Positions 1 through 64,000 of a DNA stretch of 64,000 nt are shown here, in pieces (position 1 is the stretch's first letter; each line of letters opens with the position of its first letter). The notes beneath the pieces are model-generated. The model did no database searches. It was not told the origin of the DNA and saw only the letters and a list, made by a program, of their open reading frames with translations. The stretch comes from Octopus vulgaris (lineage: Eukaryota). The stretch is from contig OX597842.1 of assembly GCA_951406725.2 (NCBI GenBank), positions 15,562,001-15,626,000 of the forward strand, given 5' to 3'. Both the position numbers and the translations under genes were made by a program.

Positions 1-328
1 GAATGCGTAGCAACATTTCGTTTGTCTCTACAGCTCTAAGTTCAGATTCTGCAGAGAATTGGCGTTGGTGTAGTCAACTAGACACCTTCCCTAAAACTTT
101 GAGCTTTGTACCTAAATTACAAACGATTATTATTTTAGCTTTATTGCTAATCTGTACAGTATATATACTGTATTTTGTATTTGGATTGATTGTAATCTGC
201 ATCAAGATTTATACCACCGCTACTCTATATGATAACAAAGATATTATATTTCACTGTAATGTATTTTATCAATTTGGGTGTTAAGAACAAACGGTTAATA
301 AGAGAGAAATCATGAGAAAGTACTGTAC

Positions 329-59399
<59,071 letters not shown>

Positions 59400-59530
59400 C
59401 TGGAACATAAAATTGAGTTGAGATGAAACTTTATGGAACATATTTTTGGATGTATATAACATATTTCGAGTAAAGAATTAGACTATGGAAATCATGAAGA
59501 GTTGATTACGGTTTTTGGAAGTATATAACA

Positions 59531-61194
59531 CTAGCAGTATCGCCCGGCGTTGCTCGGGTTTGTAAGGGAAATAACTATATAAGCATTTTTAGAGAGTTAT
59601 AGCCAAAAAATAGCAAAAAAATGCATCAAAAATGGAAAAAAATTAAGGTAAATTTTTTTTTAATAGTTGACACATCGTAGATATTTTTAGAGAGTTACTT
59701 CCCTTATATAATATCGAAAAATGCATTAAAATGGAAAAATATGATGGTAAATCTTTTTTAAATCGTAGACTCATCGTAGACGCGCGCTAATACCCAGAAG
59801 GGCTCGATATGGATCACGACTATAAGATACCCGCTTTTGGTTAAACTGCACCGCAAAATGTGGGAGTAGTTACGAATCTAAATCGTAGGAGACAGCCACA
59901 CAACTTCACTTTTATATATAAAGATATAAACCACGTAGTTATATACACATACTTTGTTATATACACATTCTTAAAAGAAAATGTTATTTTGAACACAACA
60001 TTTATAAAGAATAAAATATTTTTTGGTTTTTCTTTTAAACGGATGAATACATATATTAATAACTATATATAAGTGTCGTCTATTTATACATAAACAGTGT
60101 TTCATACTGCAATTATATATACATATATCTATATATAATATTATATAATAAAATACATACAGAATATGTGTATATATTTATGTATGTATAAATATATACT
60201 GAAAGAAGCTCGGCTTTCCAATTAATACTACCAAAATTTAACGACAGAAAGTAAATTAAAAATCAATTTACCTTTTCTGTATTGTTATGGCAATTCGACC
60301 GTCGGCGTGTTTTTGCAAATGTGTTCGAATGAGAAGTGAGTTGTGTTTGGCGCCTTTTTTACTAAGAACAAACACACACGTGTTTGTATGTAGTTGTTTG
60401 AAACGTTTGTGTTTGTCACTGTCATATATGTATGTGTATGCGTGTGTGTGAGGAATGGCAAACCAGATAGATAGCGCGCGAATTTCTTTTGAAGTTCGCG
60501 CACCGCTTGTGTGTGTGTGTGTGTGCGTGATTTAGGTGTACGTAGGTATGTGTACTCTCTCTGTCTCTTTACACACACTAACATAAGCACTTCACTTACA
60601 CACCACACTTTCTGTGTCGCACAGCCCATCAAACACACACACACACTCACGCACGCACACATGTACATCAATGCTTTCGGAGTGAAATGTTAAAGTATTG
60701 AGTTTGCTCGAATTTTGTCTTAATTGGGGGTGAAATTGAAAGAAATTTTGTATGGCATGACCAAATGGAAGTACTTTGAAAAATCATAGGTAAACTCTAA
60801 TTGAAGAAATTGTGTGAGGAGTAAATCGTTATGTATTTCTTCGTTTCTGTTTGCTGTGTTTTTTTTTAGTAGTGGTTTAAGGTTATCTTGCAAAGATAAA
60901 GTGGGAGAAATTGGGGTGATAGCGTGAGTGAAGCAGATCGCTCCGTTTTTGTGTGTGTGCGTGTGTGTGTGCTGTAGCCCACACTAAGAAAAGCACTTCA
61001 CTTACACACCACAATGTGAGTTTTCTCTAAATTTTGCTTAATTGGGGTTGAAATTTTCAAAACCGGACCAGGCACGACCCGATGCATTCTACTCTTAAAA
61101 ATGCTACGCAAATTGTAATTGAAGAAATCCTATATTGTAGATTTCTATAAGAGACAAAGGGAGGCAGATAAAATCTGCCTTTTATAATAAGAGA
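59531..61194 (-). mobile_element. Non-autonomous Helitron inserted in duplicon 4
   Basis: Minus strand begins TCTCTTATTATAAAAGG and ends CCCGAGCAACGCCGGGCGATACTGCTAG (hairpin plus CTAG). It sits between A and T of host GTATATAACA|TATTTCG, which is intact in unit 2. Confidence 0.9.
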
Positions 61195-63073
61195 TATTTC
61201 GACTAAAGAATTAGACTATGGAAATCATGAAGAGTTGATTACGGTTCTGTTGAAATTGATAATGACGATGATGATGATGTTCAAATGGGTGCAACTAACT
61301 GCGGTTGTCTATGGTAATGAATAAAGTTGATGATGAACCTGACAATATTGAAGGCTGAGAGAAAGAATCGTGTTGCAGAGAATAGTCTCGGTAATAATGA
61401 TGGGAACGAAGAACGTTTCGGGGACCACTACCCTGGGGTGATCATGAAGCAAGCAAGCATGCGTGTATTTGTGCACGCACGTGTGTATGTAAGCATGTGT
61501 GTATGTATGTGTGTTTCTGTATGCGTGTGTGTGTTAACTCAATAGTTGAACATGAAGAACGTCGAAGATTACATCTTCATAATTTATTTGTTGAAGAATT
61601 TTCTTCATATTACATTCATTGTTTAATCAGCCCAAGATTTCCTCAGGATGCTAAAAAGTATCTGCTCGGATTTCAAATCTCTATACCATTACGTGGGGGG
61701 GTGTATATATGTATGTATACGCATATGTATATACGAGGGGATATACTAAAGTAACCGTAAATGTTCTCTGGAAGACAAACCCGTTGTAGTTCAGGTTTCC
61801 GTCGCTAAACTCCACTTGATGCGACTGTCAGGCATCAGTCAGCCAACCGGTGTTATCCGTAGTGTTGTACTGCCGGGTAGTTCGTCTTTGTTTTGACGTG
61901 ATTCTGCTCAGTTCGTATGTTTCTTGCAATGGCTGGAACGAATGAACATTGTGCTTCTGTGAAATTCTGTTTACTGCTGCTGAAAACTGCAGATGAAACA
62001 ATTCTCATGCATCCCATCACAAGGATGATGCAATGGGCAAAGCACAAGTTTATGAATGGTTTTCACGATTTAGCAATGGTCACTTGTCGCTTGAAAACCA
62101 ACCTTATTCATGACAACCGTCGACCTCCCAAACATCATGAAAATTCTTGATCTGATCGTGGAGGACCGTCGCCGACAATTGATGAACTTGTTGACATGTC
62201 GGTTTTGTCCTGGAGCTCCTGCCAATGAATTTTGTGTGAGGAATTGTGAATGAAAAGCGTTCCAGCAAAATCCATGCCTCGTTTGCTCACGGAATGTCAA
62301 AAACAGTCATGGCTGAATGCGTGTCGTGAGCAAGAAGAACGGCTATGAGGTAATCTGAATGTTTTTTCGAAGGTCATCACTTGTGGCGAAAGCTGGTGCT
62401 ACGGAATTTGAAGATGTTGAAGTGAGGAAAGAAAACGATGGGGGCGTAAAAAAGCATCACTTCGGAATAGGTCCAACACTGATTCCAGTAGCTGAAAAGG
62501 CGCCTGGAACGATGCATTGATTAAAATGGAGAATAATTTGAACACAATAAAAGTGTAAATATGTAAAACTAAGTGAATAATATAATCTTTCGAAATTACG
62601 GTTTCTTTTGGGCAGCCCCTCGTATGTATGTACACACAAGCGGCTACGGCCAAGCTTCCCTGGGATTATTAATACCTAAAAGAGATATTATCTCATCATT
62701 TCCTGATATTTTGTGTAAACCGTTGTTTAAAAGATGCCAAGATGCGGAAACTCCTCAGTTTGTCTATAAATGTTAATTTACTGAGAATTGTAAATACACA
62801 GAACATAAGAAAATACTAAAATACAATTTACTTTTATATTTATATTTTCTGTGGTAAATATTTTTAGAACACGCTACAAATTTTCAAAATATCTTTAAAG
62901 TAATTGCTTTTCTAACAAGTAAACTTTTACAATGACTAACGTAGTGCTTGAAGTATACACTGTTCTTATTTTGCCCTTGGTTGCAGACAAGTAGTGAAGA
63001 TCTCAGATTTGATATTTAGGATGTCGGCTGGAAAGCTAAGACTTTATATATTTTATTTTACAGAATATGGCTT

Positions 63074-64000
63074 TTTTGAAAGGTGATGAAGAAGGCAACT
63101 TTTGTGTGCAGAGGCAAGAAATATGATACGGTGGAGGTTAGGTGCGCAACAAAAGAAGGTGCGGCCTCGCTAGCTACCACCGTACTTAGAGCCGAAAACT
63201 TCATCATGTGGCCTACTTACAAAAGGAGAAGAGGCGTATGGGTCAAAATCCCAAATATACACCCAGAATTGAAGACAGAATGGCTGGCAACAGCCATCCT
63301 AGGGTCAGCTGAGGAAGAGATAGAAATTGGCTCGATAAAGGAGACCAACATTGTGAAATGGAAGGGATACGGGGTAGAGATGTGGCTGACGGCCACAAAC
63401 AGAGATATAGAACGGATTCCCTTCCAAACAGAAGTAGAAGATGGAAAAGCCCTCAGCGTAATCGTGGGGGGGAGGAAGCCAAATTGCTACTTGTGCGGGA
63501 CAAGAGGACACATAAAAAAAGAATGTCCGCTATACGAATTCATGGCGGAGTGTGAAAGAGCAGAGGAAAACAAAAATGAGAATGAAAAAGAACCCGAAGA
63601 CAGGAACAATACACTAAAGGAGAAAGAAAGCAAGGAAAAGTAAACAACGGTAAAAGGAAATAACAATACACGGAAGGAAAATGAAAACAACGGAATAAAT
63701 TAATAGAAAAAGAACAAAAGTCACAGGGTAGAGAAGTAATAGAGAAAGAACCAAAACAAAATCAAGAGAAAGAAAAAGAAAGTAAAAGAGGAAAAAAACA
63801 ATAGAAGGAACAGAATCAAGAGAAAGGAAAGAATGTTACACAAAAAGAAAAGACAGGAAAAAAATACGACAGACAAAGAGCCAAAAAGACAAGAGAAGGT
63901 AAAAGAAAGGGAAAGCAAAAATAGAGAAAGAGAAAAAGCGAGAGAGGAAGGTAAAGAAGAAGTCAGTCCGAAGAGGAAACTAAAGAGAACATAGGTCCAA
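63074..64000 (+). mobile_element. LINE ORF1 (gag-like, CCHC zinc knuckle) fragment interrupting duplicon 4; runs off the window
   Basis: ORF 63083-63643 contains CYLCGTRGHIKKEC; duplicon homology stops abruptly at CAGAATATGGCTT. Confidence 0.8.

Overview
AT-rich, microsatellite-dense eukaryotic DNA. The SINE, RTE and Penelope content points to an octopus (coleoid cephalopod) genome; this is inference. Almost the whole window is the interior of one minus-strand gene that the ORF track largely misses. I traced 13 GT-AG exons that join in frame: 59399-59328, 48859-48788, 42688-42617, 36736-36665, 24464-24393, 23325-23254, 16589-16420, 13486-13395, 10568-10385, 6077-5963, 2714-2545, 1233-1002 and 500-329. 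They encode six 24-aa LRRs, an LRRCT cap, a Ly6/uPAR (three-finger)-like domain, a hormone-receptor (HRM) domain and the start of a GAIN-like region. This is an adhesion-GPCR-type ectodomain; its 5' end and GPS/7TM lie outside the window. The most striking structure is a tandem array of four ~6-kb duplicons (about 33270-63073), each carrying exactly one 72-nt, phase 2-2 LRR exon. Flanking introns are nearly identical between copies, but the exons differ mainly at the exposed LxxLxLxxN positions, and one exon looks chimeric. This suggests a cassette-like LRR diversification system. The introns also hold a near-intact RTE LINE with a PHD-like finger, Helitrons, mariner remnants, L1/Tx1 remnants, Penelope remnants and several hammerhead ribozyme motifs. 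All difference counts were made by eye.
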